Assembly: GCA_903912445.1 (NCBI GenBank)
Contig: CAIWHP010000042.1
Span: 8,907 to 72,906, forward strand
From: an uncultured Lentisphaerota bacterium
Lineage (GTDB): Bacteria > Verrucomicrobiota > Kiritimatiellia > CAIQIC01
Direction of reading: 5' to 3'
Length of the DNA stretch: 64,000 nt
Shown: in pieces, positions 28,686-37,774 of the stretch
How the letters are laid out: each line of letters opens with the position of its first letter
Position numbering within the stretch: the stretch's first letter is position 1
Notes under the pieces: generated by a model
The model's database searches: none
What the model was told of the DNA's origin: nothing
Seen by the model: the letters and a program-made list of their open reading frames with translations, nothing else
Translations under genes and position numbers: made by a program

Positions 28686-31316
28686 ATGAAAACAATCCTC
28701 TTGGCGCTGGGCTTGGGTGTGGCCGCGCTCGGCGCGGCGCAGGCGGCGGAACTCCAGGTGACACCGGGCGGCAGCGGCACGGCCTCGCTCGCCGGCGCGC
28801 GCGAGGCCGCGCGCAAACTTCCCAAACCGGTGCGCATCGTCCTCACTGGCGGACGCTACGAACTTTCCGCGCCGCTCGAATTCGGTCCTGAGGATAGTGA
28901 CGTGAGCTTTTCGGCCGCGCCGGGCCATCGCCCGATCATCAGCGGCGGCAAAGTCATCGACGGGTGGGAGCAGGGCGCGGGTGGTATCTGGCAGACGCGG
29001 GTGCCGGACGTCGCCGCGGGCAAATGGCACTTCGAGCAGCTGACGATCGATGGCCAGCGTGCCGTGCGGGCGCGGACGCCGAACGAGTTCTGGTTCTACA
29101 CGCGCTCCGTCCGGGAGGAGTCGCTGGATGCCGTCAAGAAGACGGGCCCCAAGGTGCGCCCCGGCAAGGCGCAGCAGACCGTGGGGATGTATCCGGCGGA
29201 TTACGCGACGGTGGCACAACTGACTTCGGCGGAACTCAAGGACGTGAACATGGTGGTGCTGCACAAGTGGGACAACACGCGGCGCTTCCTCGACGGTCTC
29301 AACCCCGGTGAGCAGTCCCTGACCACCTTCGGCGGCGGCATGAAGCCGTGGAACACATGGGGCCGCAACACGCCCTATTACCTCGAAAATTTCCGCGCCG
29401 CGCTCGACCAGCCCGGCGAGTGGTTCCTCGCGCGCGATGGCGTGCTTTCCTATCTGCCGCGCCCCGGCGAGAACATGACCAAATGCGTGGCCATTGCGCC
29501 GATGACGGGAAAGCTGCTCGTCATCAAGGGCGATGCGGCCGCGGGCAAATTCGTCGAGAACGTGACGTTCCGCGGGATTTCGTTCCAGGACGCCGCGTGG
29601 AACATGCCGCCGGGCGGCTTCGAACCGATGCAGGCGGCGGCGGCGATCGAGGCCGCGGTCATGGTCGATGGCGCGCGGCGGGTGGCTTTCGAGGACTGCG
29701 AGATCGCGCACGTCGGCGCGCATGCGATCTGGCTGCGGATGGGCTGCACGGACTCCGCGTTGCGCCGTTGCCACATCCACGACTTCGGCGCGGGCGGCGT
29801 CCGCATCGGCGAGACGCGCGTCGCCAAGAACCCGGCCGAGCGGACGGGCCGCATCGTGGTGGATAACAACATCATCCGCCACGGCGGCTACACGCTGCCC
29901 TGCGCGGTCGGCCTGTGGGTCGGCCAGAGCGGCGCCAACCAGGTGACGCACAACGAAATCGCCGACCTCTTCTACACCGGCATCAGCGCGGGCTGGACGT
30001 GGGGCTACGGCGAGAACCTCGCCAAGACGAACACCTTCGCCTTCAACCACGTCCACCACCTCGGCTGGGGCGTGCTGAGCGACATGGGCGGCATCTACAC
30101 GCTCGGCCCCTCGGAAGGCACGGTCGTCACCAACAATGTCTTCCACGACATCCACGCCTATTCCTATGGCGGCTGGGGTCTCTACACCGACGAAGGCAGC
30201 ACCGGCATCCTGTTCGAAAACAACCTCGTCTACAACACCAAGACCGGCAGCTTCCACCAGCACTACGGCAAGGAGAACTTCGTCCGCAACAACATCTTTG
30301 CGTTCAGCAAGCAGCCGCAGCTCGCGGCGACCCGCATCGAAAAACATCTCTCGTTCACGTTCGAGCGCAACCTCGTGATCTGGACCAACGACTCGCCGCT
30401 GCTCGGCGGGCCGTGGGACAAGATCCAGCTCGTCACGCGCAGCAACTGCTACTGGAATGCCGGGGGCGGCAAGGTGGAGTTTGTCGGCAAGCCGCTCGCC
30501 GACTGGCAGGCGCGCGGGCAGGACGCCGGCAGCCTGATTGCCGACCCGCTTTTTGTGAACGCACGGGAACGCGATTTCCGCCTGCAGCCCGGTTCGCCCG
30601 CCGCGCAGATCGGCTTCAAGCCGTTTGACCCGGCGCAGGCCGGCGTCTATGGCGAGGCCCAGTGGGTGGCACTCGCGCGGAACGAAAAATATCCCGAGCT
30701 GCGCATCGCGCCGGAGCCGCCGCCGACCACGGTCGCCGATACGTTCGAGCACGACGCCGTCGGCTCCACGCCGAAAAGTTTTGAGGCGCACACCGAGGGC
30801 AAGGGTGACAGCATCCGCGTCACCGAGGACGGCGCTGCGTCCAGCAAACGCGCGCTCAAGTTTACCTGCGTGCCCGGCCTCCAGCATAGCTTCTATCCCT
30901 ACCTCAACTATCACGTGAACTATGCGACGGGCGTCGTCCAGAACGCCTTCGACCTGCGTGTGGAGAAAAACGCGCAGGTCAGCTTCGAGTGGCGCGACGA
31001 CCATGTGTCGCCCTACCAGACCGCGCTGCACTTCACGATCCGCGGCGGCAAGCTGGACCTCGGCGATGGCGCGCCCCTCGCGGTGCCGGCCGGGCAGTGG
31101 GTCCATTTCGAATTGAACGGCCGCGTCGGCGCGTCGGGTGCGGGCCAGTACACCCTGCGCGTCACCGTGCCCGGCCAGGCCGCGCGCGAGTGGAAGGACC
31201 GCCCGTGGGCGATGCCGAAGTTCCAGAAACTAACGTGGGTTGGCTTCACCAGCGGTGCGCGGACCAATACCACGTACTATCTCGACAACTTCAGCCTCAA
31301 CCTGACCGCGCCGTGA
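28686..31316 (+). CDS. GH141-like right-handed beta-helix glycoside hydrolase
   Basis: Signal peptide. Motifs [55 protein letters not shown]. Confidence 0.8.
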   Translation: MKTILLALGLGVAALGAAQAAELQVTPGGSGTASLAGAREAARKLPKPVRIVLTGGRYELSAPLEFGPEDSDVSFSAAPGHRPIISGGKVIDGWEQGAGGIWQTRVPDVAAGKWHFEQLTIDGQRAVRARTPNEFWFYTRSVREESLDAVKKTGPKVRPGKAQQTVGMYPADYATVAQLTSAELKDVNMVVLHKWDNTRRFLDGLNPGEQSLTTFGGGMKPWNTWGRNTPYYLENFRAALDQPGEWFLARDGVLSYLPRPGENMTKCVAIAPMTGKLLVIKGDAAAGKFVENVTFRGISFQDAAWNMPPGGFEPMQAAAAIEAAVMVDGARRVAFEDCEIAHVGAHAIWLRMGCTDSALRRCHIHDFGAGGVRIGETRVAKNPAERTGRIVVDNNIIRHGGYTLPCAVGLWVGQSGANQVTHNEIADLFYTGISAGWTWGYGENLAKTNTFAFNHVHHLGWGVLSDMGGIYTLGPSEGTVVTNNVFHDIHAYSYGGWGLYTDEGSTGILFENNLVYNTKTGSFHQHYGKENFVRNNIFAFSKQPQLAATRIEKHLSFTFERNLVIWTNDSPLLGGPWDKIQLVTRSNCYWNAGGGKVEFVGKPLADWQARGQDAGSLIADPLFVNARERDFRLQPGSPAAQIGFKPFDPAQAGVYGEAQWVALARNEKYPELRIAPEPPPTTVADTFEHDAVGSTPKSFEAHTEGKGDSIRVTEDGAASSKRALKFTCVPGLQHSFYPYLNYHVNYATGVVQNAFDLRVEKNAQVSFEWRDDHVSPYQTALHFTIRGGKLDLGDGAPLAVPAGQWVHFELNGRVGASGAGQYTLRVTVPGQAAREWKDRPWAMPKFQKLTWVGFTSGARTNTTYYLDNFSLNLTAP

Positions 31317-31360
31317 GGCGCAGTACGCCTTGCGCGCAAGCAAAGCCGCGGCTGATTCGC

Positions 31361-31399
31361 GCGAAGAACGCCAAGCAAGGGATGCTTGGCGTTCTTTGC
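31361..31399. repeat. Long hairpin (possible terminator or REP-like element)
   Basis: GCGAAGAACGCCAAGCA-AGGGA-TGCTTGGCGTTCTTTGC, 45 bp after the stop at 31316. Confidence 0.6.
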
Positions 31400-31579
31400 A
31401 TCTTGGGGTGCGAGGTTTTTGAACGTAGAGCTCCAGAATGATCTTAGCGGCCCGGATTCCGTCCGAACACCGCGCAGGGGCAGGCACGCAGTCGTCGCAG
31501 TAGGGTTCTACCCCATAGAACATGGCCGCCCGGCGGCGTAGCCTGAAGCCAGATATCGACAACCGAAAGGGCTCTCTAC

Positions 31580-31870
31580 ATGAATAAGTCAACGGGTCAA
31601 TGGGCGGCGGTGGTGGCGCTGGCCGCGGTGGTTTCGGGGTGCGCTACGTTTCGCTCCGAGGAAGTAACGGTGCCTTGGAACAATGTGCCGTCCGCGGTGC
31701 AGTCCACCATTGAGGCCCACAAGTACGGCGGCGTCGTAAGCAAGGTCGAGATGGAGCGGACGAAGTCCGGCCTGGTTTATGAAGCCAAGGTGCAGGGGCA
31801 GTCGGGCACGTGCAGCGAAGTCAAAGTGGCCGAAGACGGAAAGCTGCTGAAGTACAAGGTGGAGAAATGA
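31580..31870 (+). CDS. Small lipoprotein, PepSY-like
   Basis: Lipobox VSGC. VPSAVQSTI..VSKVEME..VYEAKV..EVKVAEDGKLL pattern. Confidence 0.7.
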   Translation: MNKSTGQWAAVVALAAVVSGCATFRSEEVTVPWNNVPSAVQSTIEAHKYGGVVSKVEMERTKSGLVYEAKVQGQSGTCSEVKVAEDGKLLKYKVEK

Positions 31871-31881
31871 AAGGGAGAACG

Positions 31882-32394
31882 ATGAAGAAGAACCAGATCA
31901 GCCTGTTGTTATGCGTCGGACTGCTGGCTTGCGCGCTGGGCGCGCGGGCCGAGGATAGCGGGTTGCGGCTTGGCGCGGGTGCGAACTATTGGACCGCGGT
32001 CAAGAGCCTGGATGCGGACAACGTGGACAAGCACGGTTTCTCCTGGGTCGGCACCGTGCAATATTGGCCGTCGTGGATTGGCGTCGAGGCCGATGTCGAG
32101 TGGTTCAAGAGCGGCTACGCCGGTGCCGTACAGGACGTCTGGGCTCCCCAAGGCTACCTGATCCTCGGCAAGACGCTCTACGCCGCGGTCGGTCTCGGCG
32201 GCTACTATTCCGATGGCGACTGGGCCGACAAGCCGTTCTACGCCTTCCGCCTCGGCTTGGACCTCGAATTCTTCTCGCGGCTGCATCTGGATATCAACGC
32301 CAACTACCGCTTCCAGGACTGGTCCTCGCTCAACACCTCGGACATCGATAGCGATACGATCACGCTCGGCGTGGCCGCCCGCATCGCGCTCTGA
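31882..32394 (+). CDS. Outer-membrane beta-barrel protein (8-stranded type)
   Basis: GGGAG RBS and signal peptide. Alternating amphipathic strands ending in a C-terminal strand TLGVAARIAL. Confidence 0.7.
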   Translation: MKKNQISLLLCVGLLACALGARAEDSGLRLGAGANYWTAVKSLDADNVDKHGFSWVGTVQYWPSWIGVEADVEWFKSGYAGAVQDVWAPQGYLILGKTLYAAVGLGGYYSDGDWADKPFYAFRLGLDLEFFSRLHLDINANYRFQDWSSLNTSDIDSDTITLGVAARIAL

Positions 32395-32434
32395 GCGTTT
32401 GCTCTAGCGCAGTTGCGGGGCCAGCGGTCCCGTT

Positions 32435-32472
32435 GCGCCCCTGCCGGATCAGCCGGCAGGGGCGCTCTTTTT
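32435..32472 (+). terminator. Rho-independent terminator
   Basis: GCGCCCCTGCCGG-ATCAG-CCGGCAGGGGCGC (13-bp stem) followed by TCTTTTT. Confidence 0.85.
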
Positions 32473-32610
32473 GGCGGAGTGCTGTGAAAACTCCCTGAAA
32501 TAATTAGATTGGAAATGTCCCCCGGGTCTGGACAATGCAGCGTGATCCGGCCCCGCTGGGGCCGGAGCCGGAAAAGATACGGCAGGCTTGGTCAACGCAG
32601 GAGCAACAAC

Positions 32611-34011
32611 ATGAATCGTCGCAGCTTCATCATGACAGGCGCCGGCGCCTTGGCGGTGGCGGGCCTCGCGCCGCACGCGCTCGGCGCGGCGAAACCCAAG
32701 GACGCGGCGAAGGCGCCGGCGGTGCCGAAGGCGATCCCGCGGTTCGGCGACGGGCGCGACTGGTTCTTCGAGAAGCGGTTCGGGATGTTCGTCCACTGGG
32801 GCCTCTATGCGATCCCCGGCTGGCACGAGCAGCACCAGTGGCGGGCGCGGGTGCCGCGCGCGGAATTCGTCAAGCTGGCGCAGCAGTGGAATCCGGCGAA
32901 GTTCGATCCCAACGCGTGGCTCGACCTGCTGGAGGCCGCGGGCATGAAGTACATCTGCCTGACGACGAAGCACCACGACGGCTTCTGCCTGTGGGACACG
33001 CAGCAGACGAAGTTCAACACGATGAACACGCCCTACGGCAAGGACATCGTCAAGCTGCTCGCCGACGCCTGCCACAAGCGCTCGGTGCCGCTGTGCCTCT
33101 ACTATTCCATCGCCGACTGGAACCAGCCGAATTATCCGAACGAGGGCCGGCACCACGAGCTGCCGCCGCAGGCGGGCGACTCGCCCGACTGGAACAAGTA
33201 TCTCGATTTTCTCCGCGCGCAGGTGCGGGAGCTGTGCACGAACTACGGCGAGATCCACGGGTTCTGGTGGGACATGAACGTGCCGAAGCACAAGGATCCT
33301 TCAATCAACGCGCTGATCCGCCAGCTCCAGCCGAAGGCGGTGATCAACAACCGCGGCTTCGACGAGGGCGACTTCGGCACGCCGGAGCGCGACTACGAGA
33401 AGGACGAGGCCAACGGCTTCGAGCGGCTGACCGAGGCGTGCCAGTCGGTGGGCGTGGAAAGCTGGGGCTTCCGGCGCGACGAGGATTACTACACCGACCG
33501 GCATCTCGAGCGCAGCATCGATCGCTATCTGGCGCGCGACGGGAACTATCTGCTCAATGTCGGGCCGCAGCCCGATGGCCTGATCCCGGAGGTGTCGGCC
33601 GGCATCCTGCGGCGCATCGGCCAGTGGTACGGCGCGATCAAGGAGTCGGTCGAGGGCGTCCAGCCCGCGTCGCACCTGACGGGCAACCGCAACGTGATGC
33701 TCACGCGCCGCGACCGCACGCTCTATGTGCACATGAACAAGGATCTGACGGGCGACGGCCTCAAGCTCAAGCCGTTCAATGTCCTGCCGAAGAGCGCCGT
33801 GCTGCTCAACACCGGCAAGCCGATCGCTTGCGTCTGCAACCTCACGCCCGCCGATCACCAGGAGCAGAAGGCCTACCTGCGCCTGATGCACCTGCCGGCC
33901 AACGAAATGGCGAACACCGTCCTCGTCGCCAAGCTGGAATTCGACCGCCCGCTCGAGGAGCTGGCCCGGTCCGGCACCGGCGCCGAAAAGGTCAGCGAGT
34001 TTCAGAAGTAA
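32611..34011 (+). CDS. GH29 alpha-L-fucosidase, Tat-exported
   Basis: AGGAG RBS and MNRRSFI twin-arginine signal. Motifs FGMFVHWG, TKHHDGFCLWD, FWWD, YLLNVGP. Confidence 0.9.
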   Translation: MNRRSFIMTGAGALAVAGLAPHALGAAKPKDAAKAPAVPKAIPRFGDGRDWFFEKRFGMFVHWGLYAIPGWHEQHQWRARVPRAEFVKLAQQWNPAKFDPNAWLDLLEAAGMKYICLTTKHHDGFCLWDTQQTKFNTMNTPYGKDIVKLLADACHKRSVPLCLYYSIADWNQPNYPNEGRHHELPPQAGDSPDWNKYLDFLRAQVRELCTNYGEIHGFWWDMNVPKHKDPSINALIRQLQPKAVINNRGFDEGDFGTPERDYEKDEANGFERLTEACQSVGVESWGFRRDEDYYTDRHLERSIDRYLARDGNYLLNVGPQPDGLIPEVSAGILRRIGQWYGAIKESVEGVQPASHLTGNRNVMLTRRDRTLYVHMNKDLTGDGLKLKPFNVLPKSAVLLNTGKPIACVCNLTPADHQEQKAYLRLMHLPANEMANTVLVAKLEFDRPLEELARSGTGAEKVSEFQK

Positions 34012-34025
34012 TGGGAACACCGTCC

Positions 34026-34853
34026 ATGCACAAACGAATCAGCGCCCTGTTGTTGTTCGCCTTGGCCGCAGGGCCGCTCACGTTGCTCGCCGCGCCGCCG
34101 CCCGGCTACAAGCTGGTCTGGTCCGACGAGTTCAACGGCGCGGTGCTCGATACCAACGTCTGGCACCACCGCACCGGCGCGCGCCTGCTGAGCTTCCAGA
34201 AGCCGGAGAACGTCAGCGTGACCAACGGCCTGCTGCGGCTCGCGCTGAAGAAGGAGCCGGCGGGCAAGCTCGCCTACACCGCGGGCGGCGTGATCAGCAG
34301 GCGCGAGTTCACCTACGGCTTCTATGAGGCGCGCTTCCGCTGCCCGAAGGGCGCAGGCTGGCACACGGCGTTCTGGACGATGTACTACCAAGACGCCGGC
34401 GCGCGGACCGGGGCGGACTTCGCCCAGCTCGTCGAGCAGGGCAAGGCGGGCGGCGCGGTGCGGGCGCAGGAGATCGACATCTGCGAGCAGGACGCCGTGA
34501 ACACGCGCTCCTATTCCGCGGGGGTGATCGATTGGAGCGGGCGGGGCGGCAAGAAGTCGGTCAACTTCGGCCGGCAATATTTCTACGCGCCACGCGAAGA
34601 AGTGCCCGACTTCGCCGCCGACTTCCACGTCTGGGCCTGCGAGTTCACCCCGCAGGTGGTGAAATTCTTCCTCGACGGCAAGCTGACGCACCAGACCGAC
34701 GCGACCAAGTTTCCGCACGGTCCACAGAGCGTCTGGCTGACCTGCGTCGGCGCGCTCTGGGGGAAACCAACCGCTCCGAAAAAGATGGACGACTCCGCCA
34801 TGCCGGCCTTCGCTGACTTCGACTGGGTCCGCGTCTACGAGCCGGCCAAGTAG
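34026..34853 (+). CDS. GH16 glycoside hydrolase
   Basis: Motifs LVWSDEFNG, YGFYEAR and catalytic EIDICE. Confidence 0.88.
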   Translation: MHKRISALLLFALAAGPLTLLAAPPPGYKLVWSDEFNGAVLDTNVWHHRTGARLLSFQKPENVSVTNGLLRLALKKEPAGKLAYTAGGVISRREFTYGFYEARFRCPKGAGWHTAFWTMYYQDAGARTGADFAQLVEQGKAGGAVRAQEIDICEQDAVNTRSYSAGVIDWSGRGGKKSVNFGRQYFYAPREEVPDFAADFHVWACEFTPQVVKFFLDGKLTHQTDATKFPHGPQSVWLTCVGALWGKPTAPKKMDDSAMPAFADFDWVRVYEPAK

Positions 34854-34883
34854 CCGTCACGCGCCGAACTCTTTGGCTTTTCC

Positions 34884-34916
34884 AGCTGGGCGGGGCGGTG
34901 TCCTCACCGCCCCGCA
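34884..34916. repeat. REP-like hairpin, copy of 7860-7892
   Basis: AGCTGGGCGGGGCGGTGTCCTCACCGCCCCGCA, 2 mismatches to the reverse complement of 7860-7892. Confidence 0.75.
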
Positions 34917-34992
34917 CGGTTCAGCTGTCATGCCATCCGCGCGGTCAGGTCGCCCCTGCTGTCGAATTGCATCTTGTCAGCACACCTTCTTC

Positions 34993-35066
34993 GTAGGGGC
35001 GCAGACTTGCTGCGCCCTATGTGCGTGGCTGTGGTGAAAGAGGGCGCAGCAAGACTGCGCCCCTAC
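34993..35066. repeat. GTAG-type REP doublet (REPIN-like)
   Basis: GTAGGGGCGCAGACTTGCTGCGCCCT ... AGGGCGCAGCAAGACTGCGCCCCTAC, inverted, 1 mismatch, between convergent genes. Confidence 0.85.
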
Positions 35067-35096
35067 AAGCGTGGCGTTTGCGCAGCTCTTTTCCGC

Positions 35097-35957
35097 TCAC
35101 CCTTCCCGCGAGATCGGCCGCATGCAGCGCGCGCCGGCGGCCGCAACAAGCTGGTCCGTGTCCTCTTCATGTGCCGCCGCTTTACTCCTCCCGCCCGGTT
35201 CCCCAAAGTCGGCGCATGTCCCCTGACGGGAACGGGCCGGGGCCTCGCGTCGGTCGTAGTAATAGTGATCCGCAGCCGTCCTGTCGCGCCCGGTCAGGAT
35301 GCGGGCGACCAGTTGCCGGTTGCGCAGCAGATGCCAGTCGCCGAACTCGTCGAACTTCCGGCATGAGGTCACGATGCAGGCGCGCAGGATCAGGCCGTAA
35401 CGCAGCCCCCGCGCCAAACCCCAGCGCCGCACCCGGCGGGCAAAATCCACATCTTCCGCGCTCACCAACTCCTCGTTGAAGCCGCCGACCGCCTCGAAGG
35501 TCGTGCGCGGCAGCCAGAACAGGCCCGCCCAGCAACGCTCCGCGAGCAGACGCGGCGCGAAGGTCAGGCAGCTCATGAAGATGCCCGGCGACGTGCGCTC
35601 CAGTTTGATGCGAGCACCGCCGCCCGCATAGCGGCCGGTCGCCAGCCGGCGCATGACCTCCAGCAGCATGTTGTCCGACATCCTGCTGTCCGCATCCAGG
35701 GTGATCACGCCATCGCCATGACTCGCCCGGACGCCGGCGTTGCGAATCCGCGCCATGTTTCGTGCGTCCTCCGTCACGAGCGCGGCCCCGTGGTCGCGCG
35801 CCAGTTCCGCGGTGCGGTCCGTGCAGCGGTTGAGCACCACCACCAGTTCCACGGGCGCCGCCAGCCGCCGTTCCGCCGCCCGGATGGACCGGAGACAGGG
35901 GACGATGAAGCGCTCCTCGTTATGCGCCGGCACGATGACGGAAAGGCGCGGCGTCAT
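35097..35957 (-). CDS. Glycosyltransferase family 2
   Basis: Motifs LSVIVPAHNEE, RNAG, TLDAD, GGFNE..AEDVDF. Confidence 0.88.
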   Translation of the reverse strand: MTPRLSVIVPAHNEERFIVPCLRSIRAAERRLAAPVELVVVLNRCTDRTAELARDHGAALVTEDARNMARIRNAGVRASHGDGVITLDADSRMSDNMLLEVMRRLATGRYAGGGARIKLERTSPGIFMSCLTFAPRLLAERCWAGLFWLPRTTFEAVGGFNEELVSAEDVDFARRVRRWGLARGLRYGLILRACIVTSCRKFDEFGDWHLLRNRQLVARILTGRDRTAADHYYYDRREAPARSRQGTCADFGEPGGRSKAAAHEEDTDQLVAAAGARCMRPISREG

Positions 35958-36289
35958 GTTCCTCGCCGCCGCCGCGGCGTGAGTTGTTTCTTCCGCCCGG
36001 CGGTATAGGCCCACCACGGACGGGCCGGCGCGCCTGCGACAAAGCGCGTGGCGGAGATGAACACGTCCAGCAGGCACGGGTCGTGACGCACGCCGGTGCG
36101 CGCATTCAGTTTCGCGTAGAGATCGTAGGGGTCACGGCCGGCCAGATCCAACGGTGTGCGGATGGCAAGCTGGCGCAGCTTGAGGGCAATGGCAGGTCCG
36201 ACGTTGGGCAGATCTTCGAGCCGGGATATCCGGGCCTGCCCTCGCGCATCCCGAAATCTCTGCACAGCGGATGGGGGGCCGGGCTGCAT
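35954..36289 (-). CDS. Helix-hairpin-helix protein, Cdd1/mitomycin-resistance-like
   Basis: Motifs LEDLPNVGPAIA, DPYDLY, HDPCLLDVF, PWWAYT. Confidence 0.8.
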   Translation of the reverse strand: MQPGPPSAVQRFRDARGQARISRLEDLPNVGPAIALKLRQLAIRTPLDLAGRDPYDLYAKLNARTGVRHDPCLLDVFISATRFVAGAPARPWWAYTAGRKKQLTPRRRRGT

Positions 36290-36302
36290 CGCCTCTCCAC
36301 GC

Positions 36303-37616
36303 TCAACCTTCCAGCGAGATCAGCAGCGGCTCCTCGATGGCCTCGACGATCCAGCGCATGAAGCGCGCGCCGTCGGCGCCGTCGATCAGGCGGTGGTCGT
36401 AGGAGAGCGAGAGCGGCAGCATCAGGCGCGGCGCGCAGAGCGCGTCCTTGTGCTGGATGCACGGCTCCATCTGCGCGCGGCCGATGCCGAGGATCGCCAC
36501 CTCCGGCGCGTTGATGATCGGCGTGAAGAACGAGCCGCCGATGCCGCCGAGGTTGGTCACCGTGAACGTCCCGCCGCCGAGGTCGGCCGGGCCGATCTTG
36601 CCGGCGCGCGCCCGCTGCGCCAGCTGGGCCATCTCCAGGGCGAGCTGGATGATGTTTTTCTTGTCCACGTTGCGGATCACCGGCACGAGCAGGCCGCGCT
36701 CGGTGTCCACGGCGATGCCGAGGTGGATGTACTTCTTGAAGACGATCTCCTGCTTTGCCATGTCCACGCTCGAATTGAACTTCGGGAAGACCTTGAGCGC
36801 GGCGGCGACGACCTTGAGCAGGATCGCGGTCATCGTCAGCTTGGCGCCGGCCTTTTCCGCGCGCTCGGCGAAGCGCTTGCGGAGCGCCTCCAGCTCGGTG
36901 ATCTCCGCGCGGTCGTGCTGTGTGACGTGTGGGATGGTCATCCACGCCATCGTCATGTGCGCGGCGGTGACGCGGCGGATGGTGCTCATCGGCTCGTGCG
37001 CGACATCGCCCCACTGCGCAAAGTCCGGCAGGGGATGCTGCGGGAAACCCGCTACCGGCGCGGCGGCCGGGGGCGGGGTCGTGATCAGCTTCTTGGCGAA
37101 CGCCTTGACGTCCTCTTCCGAAATTCTTCCGCCGGTGCCGGTGCCTTGCACTTGGTGAATATCCACGCCGAGTTCGCGCGCGAGCTGGCGCACCGTCGGC
37201 GCGGCCGCAACAGGTACGGCCGCCGGGGTGGGCGCCGGCTGCGCGACCTGCGGGTGCAGCGGGGCAGCGGCAGCAGCGGGGCGCGGGTCGGGGGTCGCGG
37301 GCGGAGTGGCGAGTGCGACAGCCGCCACGGCTGGCGCGGCGCTGACCGCTGACTTCTGATCGCTGACCTCTGGCTGCGCCGCCGCGCCGCCGGCGAGCGT
37401 CAGGAGGGCCTGGCCGCTTTTCACTTTTTCGCCGACCTTCACCAGCACCTGGGCGACCACGCCGGCGTCAGTCGTGGGCACCTCGATCGTGGCCTTGCCG
37501 GTTTCCAGCTCCACGATCGGCTGGTCCACGGCGAGGGTGTCGCCGACCTTCACCATGATCTTGGTCACATCGGCGGTCGTAATATTTTCGCCCAGCGCGG
37601 GAACTTTGATGTCCAT
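36303..37616 (-). CDS. aceF: Pyruvate dehydrogenase E2, dihydrolipoamide acetyltransferase (one lipoyl domain)
   Basis: Lipoyl domain (ELETGKAT), E3-binding domain (AAPTVRQLARELGVD) and catalytic SYDHRLIDG. Confidence 0.93.
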   Translation of the reverse strand: MDIKVPALGENITTADVTKIMVKVGDTLAVDQPIVELETGKATIEVPTTDAGVVAQVLVKVGEKVKSGQALLTLAGGAAAQPEVSDQKSAVSAAPAVAAVALATPPATPDPRPAAAAAPLHPQVAQPAPTPAAVPVAAAPTVRQLARELGVDIHQVQGTGTGGRISEEDVKAFAKKLITTPPPAAAPVAGFPQHPLPDFAQWGDVAHEPMSTIRRVTAAHMTMAWMTIPHVTQHDRAEITELEALRKRFAERAEKAGAKLTMTAILLKVVAAALKVFPKFNSSVDMAKQEIVFKKYIHLGIAVDTERGLLVPVIRNVDKKNIIQLALEMAQLAQRARAGKIGPADLGGGTFTVTNLGGIGGSFFTPIINAPEVAILGIGRAQMEPCIQHKDALCAPRLMLPLSLSYDHRLIDGADGARFMRWIVEAIEEPLLISLEG

Positions 37617-37630
37617 AAAAACCTTTCTTT

Positions 37631-37763
37631 CACCACAGAGGTTCACGGAGGTCCGCGGAGGTCACGGAGTTTCCAAGGATTGGAAAAGCAACTGACTGTT
37701 TTTCCAGGCCTTGGAAACCGCTGCCTCTGTGAACCTCGATCAGCCTCTGTGACCTCTGTGGTT
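37631..37763. repeat. Composite element: outer inverted repeat of CACRGAGGT subunits enclosing a 17-bp dyad doublet
   Basis: Left arm 37631-37669, right arm 37724-37763. Inner units TTTCCAAGGATTGGAAA 37670 and TTTCCAGGCCTTGGAAA 37701. Confidence 0.88.
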
Positions 37764-37774
37764 AATTCTTTTCA

